64,000 nt of DNA from Eledone cirrhosa (Eukaryota): contig OZ024743.1 in assembly GCA_964016885.1 (NCBI GenBank), positions 30,070,001 through 30,134,000 of the forward strand, written 5' to 3'. How positions within the stretch are numbered: the stretch's first letter is position 1; each line of letters starts with the position of its first letter. A model generated the notes under the pieces. The model was not told where the DNA came from. It did no database searches and saw nothing but the letters and a program-made list of their open reading frames with translations. This document shows positions 1 through 13,090 of this stretch, piece after piece. The position numbers were made by a program, and so were the translations under genes.

Positions 1-240
1 CCATTTATAGCCATTTTCTTTTTTGGATATACAGTGTACAATACAAAGTTGAATATTTGAATATTTGAGCCTTATAACAATATATTTTGGGTCCGAATTT
101 TTTTGGGGCTCGAGCCGGGTGCTTTACGTAGCATTTGTACTAAGAGTTGTTATTTCACAAATAATTTAAATATGTTAAAAATTCAAAACTTACGGGAGCG
201 ATTTCATGACCTCCGCCACCTCGTGCGTCTTCTTCCCTTC

Positions 241-515
<275 letters not shown>

Positions 516-521
516 TATATA

Positions 522-1190
522 TGAGCCCTATGCCACTCATGTCAAATTTGTTTATCGTGAACTGGTGCGCCGATTTTTAGATACTCGATTATTCTACTAT
601 ATTTAGCTCTAGACTTAGCTATTGACCAGTTAATTTTATTGTTCATTTTTTGTCGATTCTATTAAATGATGAATAGCTCCTGTTTATTTTAACATGTCTA
701 TTGAGCACTCTTATTCGATATGTGATTTCCCACATTTCCGAATATCTTTCGCGGATATAGAGGTTATCTCCCTTGCTGGATACCATGTGCATCTCAGCTA
801 GGGTTGGCTTTTTTATTCGTTTGGACAAAGCCCGTTGATAAAGTATTCCCGTCCGCCGCTCTCTAGAAGTCTTATATATTTTTATGTGGGCTGATAGGGG
901 GTGGATTAAGGAATTACAGAAACCCAAGAAGCTAGATTTACCATCTTTCTACTGGGTCCGGGTAAGCTTTTTACATTCATATGATTTATTGATTTATTGA
1001 TATTTTATCTGACCCGAATCTTCCTGATCGTAATTTTTCGGTCGTATGGGTGTTTTTAGACATAATCTTTGTGTGTTGGTATTTTAACGATAGTTATAGC
1101 TCTGAATTATTGAGCCCTCTGCCACTCATGTCGAATTTGTTTATCGTGAACTCGTGCGCCGATTTTTCGATACTCGATTATTCTACTATA
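522..1190. repeat. Segment bounded by ~80-bp direct repeats (522-601, 1111-1190), possibly a decayed PLE 3' portion
   Basis: tgagccc...gattattctactata occurs twice, 589 bp apart; TA-rich flanks. Minus-strand translation gives only weak GIY-YIG-like fragments. Confidence 0.45.
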
Positions 1191-2332
1191 TATAATATAT
1201 ATATATATATGAAATTAACGAATTTTACTTAACGTAACCATATTCAAACTGGATTATATGAAATATTGCTCTCTAAGTGGATTTCACATCGGTAATAAAG
1301 GCTGATAGTAACCGCAACATTGTTAACAAATCCGTCTGTTATCGAAGAGAGCAGAAATAGAGCTAGTATTTCCCAGAATCTTCCAATTTAGATTTAGAAC
1401 TACAGCTGTGATATCAATAAGCCCGGAAAGCAATCCTCATAACAATCCTAAATCTATTTAAATGATTATACAAACATTCAGTTTCGAAATTCTGAAATGG
1501 CGAATATTAGAGAAAAATCAAGGATAGCAACTGTCATATATGAATAATCGATTTCCAAAGGTATCTTACGTCAGTCAGGTGTTGTTATAGGAAAGCGTTA
1601 CACAAATATAAACAAAGGACAGTTAACATCATTCATCACCCATCACTATATCTTTGTGTAGAGAAATAAAATTCGATAGGATATGTTCAGAATATAGAGA
1701 TATACAAACAATCGAGCATTTGAAAACAAAGTTTGTTTTACGAGAGCGAGACAAATATCAGATTCTCTCATACAGAAAGTAATCGACAATATCTTTGGAT
1801 ACTATAACACAACATTCAATTATACCTTTTGGGAACACAAACGATGCTTCTTTGTATACGGATGCGATTAATCTAAACCAACCAATAGGCGAACCCTGTA
1901 GTACATATAGTGAAACTATGTAATGCAGCTTACAAGATGTATTATAGAATAAGAAGAAAATAGCAAACAATTGTGATACAAAACCGAACATTTACGTAAC
2001 TGCATACGGATAAGTAGAACATTGTGTATATAGAACACGGAGAAAAAAGCATTAATCAGAAATTCACCAAATTTCATATTGTATATGAGTGAATGAAAAG
2101 ACAGAACAATCTTATAGAATGAGACAGCTATAAAATACCTTAAGTTATTTTGTCCTAATGTTGAGATGGAAGGAAATGATTCATGTGTGAAATCTATCAT
2201 AAAACTTGACAGTACTGTATTTAGCAGTATAATAACAGTATAATAACATACAATTTGAATCCTGAAACTCTTAGTAATTCTGTAACAAATATGCATAATG
2301 AAATAACAGTTCAATATCGTTGTATGCATTTT

Positions 2333-2395
<63 letters not shown>

Positions 2396-2398
<3 letters not shown>

Positions 2399-3088
2399 AA
2401 GTATGTATGTATACGTACATACATATATGTACATACATTTACTATAATGCTCGGTTTGTTTGTTTGTAAACAAACAAACCGAGCATTATAGTAAACAAAC
2501 AAACAACCGGAATTACGCCGTACAGTGTATACGTCTGTATAGGTCTGTGTACGTCTGTATACATATATGTATGTACGTATACATACATACATACTTACAT
2601 TTAAGTAAGTGACGTTCTAAGAGTGAGAAATGAAATTTCGTTTCATTCTATTCCATTTATCGTTTTTGGTGTGCCCGGCCGACTGAACTCACTGGATATG
2701 CAAATTAGGCTGCTCAGCCGTTAATATGCATAAGGAAAGTATATACTTTCAGACGTTCAACCATCTGGCAGGAAGGTATACGATGCTAATAAGCTTGAAA
2801 CTAGTACATCGTTCCTGTGTCAGTGTTGAACAAAAAGGTGACGTGGTTGCCTAAACACTGTACGGCGTAATTCGGGCTGTTTGTTTGTTTACAAACAAAC
2901 AAACCGAGCATTATAATAAATGTTCGGTAAACCGATACGTGCATATATATATATGTGTGCATGTATGTATATACACACTACTGTACGTCTGTATACATAC
3001 ATGTATGTACGTATAGATGCATACATACTTACATTTAAGTAAGTGTCGTACTAGGAGTGAGAAATGAAATTTCGTTTCATTCTATTCC

Positions 3089-3094
<6 letters not shown>
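2396..3094 (+). mobile_element. HHR-element family A: tandem ~434-bp unit with 5' fold-back; ribozyme core deleted in this copy
   Basis: End motif cttacatttaagtaagtg...gaaatttcgtttcattctattccatttat is repeated (ending 2660 and 3094); local palindrome ~2440-2492; homologous to 55545-55986 and 9488-9866; microsatellite flanks. Confidence 0.7.
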
Positions 3095-3187
<93 letters not shown>

Positions 3188-3426
3188 TACAATATATATA
3201 TATAAAGAAAAAAGATGAAATCGAAAATGCAACTGGAGTCTTATTTAAAAAAATATATATATATTTATTTGGTTCCTTTAGCGGTTTCGCATTTTTTCTG
3301 CTTTTCAAAAGTAGAGTTGAGACGGAGGGTCTTTTGGGTTTTCTTACATACTTTCTCTCGTGTAGGACACCTCGGTTATTTTTCATTTTCTAAAAAAAAA
3401 TCACTTTCTAATATATATAAATATAT

Positions 3427-3770
3427 ATAAACGTTTGTATATGTATAATAAAGCCAAAACAATGCAGGTATGGACATAGAATAAAGAATGCAAATGCAAA
3501 AGATATTGTTGACAATTAGATAATATTCGAGATAATATCTCTTCTTCGGAGGGAAGCAAAGCCGTTAAACCAGTGTTCTAAATTATTTAGAACACTGGTT
3601 TAACCGCTTTATTTCCCTCCGAAGAAGAGATACTATCTCGGAAATTAAGGACATTTACATAAATCTAAGGTAAAAGACTAATTGTCAACAATATCTTTTG
3701 CATTTGCATTCTTTATTCTATGTCCATACCTGCATTGTTTTGGCTTTATTATACATATACAAACGTTTAT
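3427..3770. repeat. Nested fold-back element (family B) with degenerate HHR-like core
   Basis: Outer arms 3427-3519 / 3678-3770 are reverse complements; inner palindrome 3528-3640 centred at 3584; core-like ccgaagaagagatactatctcggaaa. Confidence 0.7.
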
Positions 3771-3809
3771 GACTCATTACACAATGTTTCCAGTGAACTA
3801 TAACATCCT

Positions 3810-3849
<40 letters not shown>

Positions 3850-3948
3850 TCACACACACAAACACAAATATACACACGGATGCAAAGACACGTAAACACG
3901 GACACACATACTCACACACACAAACACACACATATATGCATATATCTA

Positions 3949-4466
<518 letters not shown>

Positions 4467-4953
4467 CTAATAATAATAAATTTAACTAAAATCCAAAGAG
4501 GGCTCGATAAGTATGAATATATATTGCAAATATTTATTAAAACAACAGATTAAAGTTTAAGAAAAGAATCGGTGCTTTCACCCTTAACGGGATCTTCAAA
4601 AGACACCGTTAAGGGTAAAAGCAGCGATTCTTTGCTGAAACGCTAATGTTACCTATACTTTGATGTTTACAAGGAGGATGCAAAACGTGATCTTTACAAG
4701 GAGGATGCAAAATGTGGGGTAACAAACATTTCAGCTGACATCAGGAGAGATTTTTTTTGTGTGGTTTTAAGAATGAGATAACTACTCTCCAGATCAACTC
4801 ATTGGCATGGAAAATTATGTCAGTTACTTTCATCTATTCAAGGTAATATTCGTATACCTAGATTTTAGTAACGTACCATACTATGTTATGCGAGTTGTTA
4901 CTCACTATGTAATCTCGTCTCAGATTTTGTGACACAAAAACTGGGACGAGATT

Positions 4954-5043
4954 ACATATCTGAGGATCATTCGATTCCAGCGTCAGGACGATCAATAATA
5001 GATCGTTCCTCGAGCTGATCGACATGAAACATATGTAATATGT
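4954..5043 (+). ncRNA. Type I hammerhead ribozyme with extended stem II (family G)
   Basis: acatat-CTGAGGA-(~59-nt hairpin: tcgat/atcga, cagc/gctg, cgatc/gatcg)-GAAAC-ATAT-GTA|atatgt; stem I acatat/atatgt; palindromic stem III ACATATGT. Confidence 0.75.
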
Positions 5044-6143
5044 TATTAAATCTGTTATGATGCAACACCGACTCTTTGTTGTTTCATATGTAATCTATTA
5101 CACTGTGCTCTGCGCGAGTATCGAGTGCTCGCCCGGCATACCGCCTTCGGACACAATTTTATTGCACCTATACGCACACATATATATATACTTAGAAAGT
5201 CTCAAGAGCAGATGAATCACAAGTGCAGGGGAACACACGTAATTACGCCCATGTCAAAATGTTGTTCCTTATATTTAAGTAGGTATCGAAATAATATAAA
5301 CAAGTAAAATGCCAAAACTGAATGGAAGAGCAGTTTCCTTTTCAGTGTAAAAGTATATGTTTAATCAAAAACGATAACAGAATCTTCTCCGGTAGAGTTA
5401 ACTGCTAAACGCATGTACGGATATAGAAGCCAGCCAACAGTCTGCTTAGACTATTGTTGTGGGTATCTACTCATAAGTTAATATCATTTATCACATTTTC
5501 GAAAACATCGTTATTATTTAAGCATAGCAGAATATAAATGAAAAGTGGCACTATTCTTAAATATATTGAGCTACTTCCAGCGTATATCTTTAAATACATG
5601 CCTTGACTAATTACATTCCTGTCGAACCAATCAAGAAAGGAAAAAGAATGGAAAGAGAAGAAGAATGTACATTCACTCATCAGTCTGCTTGCTTTTAATA
5701 GCAGAGTATAATTTATCAAATAGACGCAAAGTGGGGCAGCAGTCTGAAATAAAAGAGAAGCGTTTACCGCAATCCCTGGAGGATTTCTTTTTCCTTATTC
5801 ATTACAGAAAGTGGCCTAAGCTAGACGTAGCTGTTATTTCCTGGGAATCATCTCTCAAGAATTGAATAGTAATCAATTTGATTCAGTAAAATCACTAGTT
5901 TATAGAGTGATCAAAATTATACATTAAGTAACTACTGGTTTAAATCTATAATATAGCTTCGTCTGTCTATTTTCATTACACCAGTTACGGTCTGTCCATT
6001 CTAAACTATTCTATTAAAATAAATCCCTAAAGAGGTCAGTGATTACTTAGTTAAAATCATTTAAGGTCTAAGAAACAACGCTGTCATAATTACGTGGCGC
6101 GGAGTATGTTACCTAATTGAACATGTTATATGAAAAAGTATAG

Positions 6144-6199
<56 letters not shown>

Positions 6200-6204
<5 letters not shown>

Positions 6205-6415
6205 ATATATAAATGGCTTCTACAGGACTAGAACTGTGTCAGTCGGGAGAAATCACCAGGAAATGATTTCTTCCAAAAAAAACACGTCTAGTGCTGGAGA
6301 AGCCATTTCTATATTAAATATTTATGCTCTGCTTTGTATTGAGTATCTTACTTACTGTGGTTACCCCCCCCCCCCGCCCCCCGATTGAACCGGGATAAAC
6401 TTATCTGGTATATAT
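6200..6415. repeat. Family D fold-back element (related copy 61598-61740)
   Basis: tttaatatataaatggcttct / agaagccatttctatattaaa inverted arms; 6305-6410 is approximately the reverse complement of 61600-61690; (TA)n flanks. Confidence 0.55.
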
Positions 6416-6423
6416 ATATTTAA

Positions 6424-6800
6424 AAAATAGAGGTGTGACACACGTGTTGTGATATATTAGGAACAAGGAAAGGATAAGGCTGACAAATCTCTCTCAGTGA
6501 AAAATTGTTTAATTAGGAATAAGTTTTAGTTTTAGGTTATACCGGTTGCGTATTTCTAATGCCTTTCAAATATAATTTTGAGATACAGCGCTCATGATTT
6601 TTGCTCTGATTAGAGCAAAAATCACGAGCGCTCTATCTCAAAATTATTTTTGAAAGGCATTAGAAATGAGCAACCGGTAAAAACTTAAAACTAAAACTGA
6701 ATACCAACTAATACTTATTACTAATTTATACTTATTCCTAATTAAACTATTTTTCACTGGGAACAATTTGTCAGCATTTTCTTTTCCTTTTTACTATTAT
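6424..6800. repeat. Family E long imperfect palindrome (related non-folded copy at 11195-11515)
   Basis: Arms mirror around loop 6608-6611 (gctct-gatt-agagc); the right arm matches 11291-11475. Confidence 0.7.
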
Positions 6801-6823
6801 AATATATATATATATATACATGT

Positions 6824-6872
<49 letters not shown>

Positions 6873-6917
6873 TAAAGAAAACGAAAAATCAGTGATGCAT
6901 CTGGACTTAATTTATTG

Positions 6918-7006
6918 CGTGTTACAATTGTTTCGCCTGCAGGTAGCTCGAGATGGTCCTTGTATGGATCTGGCTGATTCTACTTCTGTGGGTTCTTTCA
7001 GACACG
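6918..7006 (-). ncRNA. Type I HHR variant, long stem II (family F)
   Basis: Minus strand: cgtgt-CTGAAAGA-(long imperfect hairpin)-GAAAC-AATT-GTA|acacg; the core carries one extra A. Confidence 0.55.
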
Positions 7007-7650
7007 GGTGTTTCGTCTGGAGCAAATGTTATCACTCGGGTGTTATCATAACCCCCCCCCCCCATCAAAATACCCTGCTTCCACACTTGTCATTGGCTGT
7101 TTTTACTCCACGTCATCACAAGTTCTGGTCAGTATCTGCTACCACACGGGTCATCAGCCATTTTCCGTCCGACACATTTCGATGCAGTCATACTGGGTTC
7201 AGTATTTCACACGTCTGTTCACAGTTCAGAGTAAGCACCCACACATACTAATATACACACTCAAACACACACACACATGCAGACACATACCTATTTATGC
7301 ATACACACACCCCCACATACATATATACATGTATATATACACACACACTCTCTCGCTCACTTCCACGGATCCAGTCACACCCACTTGTAAATACATATCG
7401 CCACAAGCCTTATGACGGCTGCTTAATTCGCGGAATATATCAGGTGGTATAAGCATGGTCTACTCAATCATACACATATATACATACATACGCGCGCACA
7501 CATATATACGCCCAACCTTATATACATTTATATATATATATATACATATACACACTCATACACACACATATATACATACACGCATACATACACATACATA
7601 CATATACACACACATGTGCATACACATATATATACATATAATACATACAT

Positions 7651-7690
<40 letters not shown>

Positions 7691-7753
7691 TCACACATGC
7701 CGACACATACATAAACATACACATACGTACACAAACATTACATACGCACATAC

Positions 7754-7790
<37 letters not shown>

Positions 7791-8807
7791 AAAAAACGAC
7801 AACTTGACATGCATACGCACAGCCACATATATACATACATATACCAACGCATATGCCGACATATATACATACATCTATACATGCATACGCACACGTGCTG
7901 CCACATGCATACAATGCACCTATGCATATTTGCCTACACACACATGTGCCTCCACATATACATATATAAACAAAACCGTAAATTAAAAGTTAAACATACA
8001 TTATGCAATAAAAAAAAATAACACAATGTGCCATAAAATAACTGTAAATTACCGTAACATAAAATATACAATATAATATAATATACAATATGATATATAT
8101 ATCTCTCTCCCCATATGTATATGTATATATATACACACACACATACACACACACACATGTACACATAGTCATACATACATACGGATATATACGGATATAT
8201 ATAAAGGATATGTGATAAAGTAATACAATAAGAATAATAGTAATAATAAAAAGCATGTATACTCCATATATAAACATCGGCACACATTCCCATGAGATAC
8301 ACATAAACACATACATGTATGCAGACATACACATACACACACATATAGAGGCCCACATATGCATGCACCCGCATCCACACACATATATATATATATACAC
8401 ACACACTTATATATACACACACACGCATATATATACACACTTACCCACCCACCCACACACACCTACTCATACGTGGCTATACGTACATACGCACACACAT
8501 ACACATAGAACATATATATATTCATATATACACACATATATATATATATACCCACATACACCCACAGTGCGCCAGGTATGTACACATATGCACATGTCTG
8601 CACATACACGCGCATATAATCTCAAGTAAACACGCACCTATGCCCATATACACCCCGCACCCACCCACGTATATATATATATATATGTACACACATCTAC
8701 ACACACACACACGTACATATCCCACGCACAAAGTGGAAGTAGAGCTTTTTTATGGTGTTTTTTTATGATAACACCCCAGTGATAACATTTCCTCCAGACG
8801 AAACACC

Positions 8808-8887
8808 CGTGTCTGAAAGAACCCGCAGAAGTAGAATCGGCCAGATCCATGTCTCGAGCTATCAGCCGGCGAAACGATTGTAACACG
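8808..8887 (+). ncRNA. Type I HHR variant, long stem II (family F)
   Basis: cgtgt-CTGAAAGA-...ccggc-GAAAC-GATT-GTA|acacg; stem I cgtgt/acacg. Confidence 0.55.
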
Positions 8888-9016
8888 CAATAAATTAAGT
8901 CCAGATGCATCACTGATTTTTCGTTTTCTTTATACTATCTGTACTCTGCTCTGCTGAATATCGAGTGCTGTTTTTGGCCTACCGCCTATGGAAACACCAT
9001 AGCTACCATTATACAC

Positions 9017-9138
<122 letters not shown>

Positions 9139-9297
9139 AAGAACTTGCTCCGAAATCATTGGACATGTCCGTCGAACCTGCCGATCCAGAATCAGACAGA
9201 TACACACAGTGGTCGTGTCTCGAGGTGCCCGCCGGCGAAACAATTGTAACACACAATAATTTGAGTACAGATGCATCACTGATTTTTCGTTTTATAT

Positions 9298-9382
<85 letters not shown>

Positions 9383-9397
9383 CACATACACACACAT

Positions 9398-9487
<90 letters not shown>

Positions 9488-9490
<3 letters not shown>

Positions 9491-9602
9491 TTGAAATAAA
9501 ATGAAAACGAAATTTCATTTCTCACTCTTAGTACGGCACTTACTTAAATGTAAGTATGTGTGTATACGTACATACATATATGTATACAGACGTACAGTAG
9601 CA

Positions 9603-9650
<48 letters not shown>

Positions 9651-9766
9651 CAGGTACACATACATATATGCACGTATCAGGCTGTTCAGTTTGTTTACAA
9701 ACGAACAAAGCGGCGTTATAATAAGCGTCCGCTAAACTGATACGTGCATATATGTATGTGTACCTG

Positions 9767-9808
<42 letters not shown>

Positions 9809-9866
9809 TGCTACTGTACGTCTGTATACATATATGTATGTACGTATACACACATACTTACATTTA
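9488..9866. repeat. Family A 3'-end fragments in inverted arrangement
   Basis: 9488-9680 is reverse-complementary to the family A end; 9738-9866 is its mirror copy. Confidence 0.65.
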
Positions 9867-9915
9867 TATATATATATATATATACACATATATATATATA
9901 TACATATATAACTTA

Positions 9916-9960
<45 letters not shown>

Positions 9961-9995
9961 TAACTTATCTCATATATATATATATATATATATAT

Positions 9996-11143
9996 ATTGT
10001 TATACCTTGGGAGGGTCATGTTGCCAATAAGAAACACACGCACCATGCATTCACTCCAATTTATTATAAATCAAACCATTTATTCCAAAAAATTGAAAAA
10101 AAAAATTTATAAATTTCTGGTTGGTTCATATATTGTCAAATTCTTTCTTCACACATTCTGTGACCTCTTCAGTGACTGGGATTCTTTTCTTTGTTTTGTG
10201 CCTCTTCTTTGTTCTCTCCTACGCCATCTTGTTTTTGTGTGTGTTGTGTGCTTAGTTTGCGCATGTGTTACTTCCACGTGTCTCTTTGTGTTTTTATTTG
10301 TTTATTTATTTGTTTATTTACATGTTACTGGTTGGTTGTTAGTTCTATGTGTGTGTGTTTTCATTTTGTCCTTAATTGTAAGTTGTGATGTTACTATTCC
10401 ATTCATGTTTTCTATTTAATTTTGGTCGGAGTTCATTTATGATTATTGCCTCTGTGATTTGTCTAAACATTGCGTCTTTTCTGTGTGTAGATTTTATTTT
10501 TATTTCTATGTTCTCTTATTTGCCCTCATGTTCTATTTTAGCATGTCGGTGGACTATTGATGATCCTTTTCTATCTTGAAGCTCTCGCCAGTGTTCATTT
10601 AACTACGAGCTATCTCCCCTATGTACACTGTATTCTTATCTTTACATTGTCCTTCAGTACATCTTATGCTATATACTATGTTTCTAGATTTACAGTTAAT
10701 ATGGGGGCTTAGTTTACAGATTATGCATTTCTTATCTATACAGGGACGTCTTTGAAAAGAGTATGTATTACTAATATGTGTTTTTATGGAGGTACCTGGC
10801 CTTTCTACTATCTTAATATTAAGATTAATTTTATCTAGGGCCCTTCTAAATTTGTAAGCTAATTCACCCCTAGGGGTTGTATTGATGAACATTACACTCT
10901 GGTATTTATCGCTATCATACCATGAGTTTATTCTATTAACCTTATTCCTAGTTGTTTCTATTCTATTCCAAAATTTGCTCCTATACAAGGGGCAGGACCT
11001 ATTTGTATCATTATTTACCATTTTTTCCCATTTATTTCTGGCTCCTCTATATACTCTGATTCTATATCTCTGATTGTAAACCAGAGAACTGTATACGGAG
11101 GATGATGTGTTGTATGTGTCTCTCTAGTTATTTGGGGTTGCAC
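9996..11143 (-). mobile_element. 5'-truncated Penelope-like element, family J (GIY-YIG endonuclease plus pLTR)
   Basis: ORF 10599-11021 contains CIDKKCIIC...NIVYSIRC...YIGE (GIY-YIG); highly similar to 17548-18725; HHR remnant at 10135-10176. Confidence 0.85.
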
Positions 11144-11514
11144 ACACACACACATATATATGACCTCTACCGACCAATCAAAATTGTTTTGACTACAAGT
11201 ATTTTCGCAACACGAATTGGCGCGAAACATATTTTAATACATCTGGAGCCACTTTTTTCACATAAAACAGGTAGAATTTCCAAAACTAATCAGATTAGAG
11301 CAAACATCACGGGCGCTCTATCTCAAAATTATTTTTGAAAAGCATTAGAAATGCGCAACGGGTAAAACTTAAAACCAAAACTGAATACTAACCAATACTA
11401 TTACTAATTTTCACTTATTCCTAATTAAACTATTTTTCACTGTGAACAATTTGTCAGCATTTTCTTTTCCGTTTACCCATATATCATAAGTCGTGTGTTA
11501 CACCTCTATTCTTT

Positions 11515-11572
<58 letters not shown>

Positions 11573-11698
11573 GAAGAGATTGTTTTGGTAAAAACAGGAG
11601 TAAGCAGAAGAAATATCTCAACAATTGTAGCTTTTAGTTGCCACGGAGAATTTTATAAAAATAACAAAATAAGATGCTGAGGTTACATATATCGTTTA

Positions 11699-11778
11699 AT
11701 CATTATAATTATTTGCATGGTTCTCCATGAAATCGAGATGAGCTTCATGTTGTTATGAGAACGGTATCCTCAGATGAT
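11699..11778 (-). ncRNA. Degenerate type I HHR, long stem II
   Basis: Minus strand: atcat-CTGAGGA-(gttctc/gagaac, catgaa/ttcatg)-CAAAT-AATT-ATA|atgat; the GAAA box is mutated. Confidence 0.5.
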
Positions 11779-12649
11779 AACCGATATGTTTGATATGTCA
11801 CCGGCAGGAAAAAATACACATCCTGTTGCTTGTGTGCCCAACAGACATATGAGTTTCTTGAAGGGTTTGCCAGCCGTCGTGTTTGCTAGAAAAAGTTGTC
11901 TACGAAAAAACCCCCAAAGCTGCGTGTAGTCAAAGCCCAGTGGACATTGGAAGCAATAAATGGTGCTCTGAGGGAGGGTGGGGTATATATTTTGTTGACA
12001 ACAAATACAACAACAACAACACCAAAAACAAAAACAACAGCAACAATGACAATAACAGCAAAACACCGACCAATATCGTCCACAATGGCCGCATCAGTCG
12101 TAGTGATATTACTACCCTACTGACAACTCAAGCAACAACCACAGTAAACAGTTACAACAACAACACCGACAACAGCAGCAAAAACACAGACCAGCGTCGT
12201 ATATATATATATATATATATATATATACGACGGTGGTCTGTTTTTTGCTGTTATATATTCATTTCTATTTAGCTGTTCACCACTAGATAGAACTGTTTAT
12301 TCCAATTAGTTAACCACGATGTAATAGTAGAAAAAGCACTCTGCGTTACACAACACTTCCACGGTTGATGTTGAATCCTGTGGTTGGTTCAGGAACGGAG
12401 GTAAGTATTAGTTTGATGAAAACTAAAGGAGTACGGACTGGTGATGTTTCTTTAAAATGTTATTGTTGCGAAAACACTATATATATTTCTATGGCTTCGT
12501 TGCGTAAGATCCTGGCGGCAACATCAGGTTCGGATTGTATAATCAGTTAATCAATAAAGAAATTACAGCACACACAAACACAGAAAATACAGACACCATT
12601 TTCTATTCGGGGATGGCCTGTCACCTGTGTATTATCGTTGTCGCAGACG

Positions 12650-13090
12650 ATCCACGAATGGCAGCCACGTTATACCCGAGTGTTTATTTATTTATTTATA
12701 TTTTATTTATTTGTTACTAGTTGGTTGTTTGGTCTTTATTATTTTGGTTCTTGTGTGTCTTTGTATGTCTTTATCTTGTACTTAATTATTAGTTGTGATC
12801 TTGTTGCAATTCCCCTTGTGTTTTCTATTTAATTTTGGTTGTAATTCGTACATGTTTGTCGCTTCTGTAATATGTCTGATATAATGCATGCGCAAAACAT
12901 AGACAACACACAAAAATAAGGTGTAGGACAGAACAAAGCAGAGGAACATAAACAATTTAGTCATTGAGAAGGTCACATAATGTTTGACGAAATTTCTTTA
13001 ACAAGAAACAACCAACTGTAAATTTGTAATACAGTGAGGTGAAAATCAACAGGCGTGTGTGTCCATTCGCCCTCCCAAAGTATAACAGTA
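12650..13090. mobile_element. Diverged family J PLE 3'-end fragment with internal inversion
   Basis: 12650-12885 matches 17835-18045 in the same orientation; 12885-13090 matches 17548-17835 inverted; decayed HHR at ~12960-13002. Confidence 0.6.

Larger units (their letters stand above)
6867..9016. mobile_element. Family F element: inverted ~180-bp terminal segments enclosing ~1.7 kb of mostly CA/TA microsatellite
   Basis: 6867-7051 is the reverse complement of ~8764-8938; each arm carries an HHR; a third related copy lies at 9137-9296. Confidence 0.6.

Noticed and set aside
3275-3315. Further HHR-like remnants here and at ~4570-4600, ~7405-7440 and ~13130-13200
   Set aside because: Two or more core substitutions each; plausible fossils but not supportable individually.
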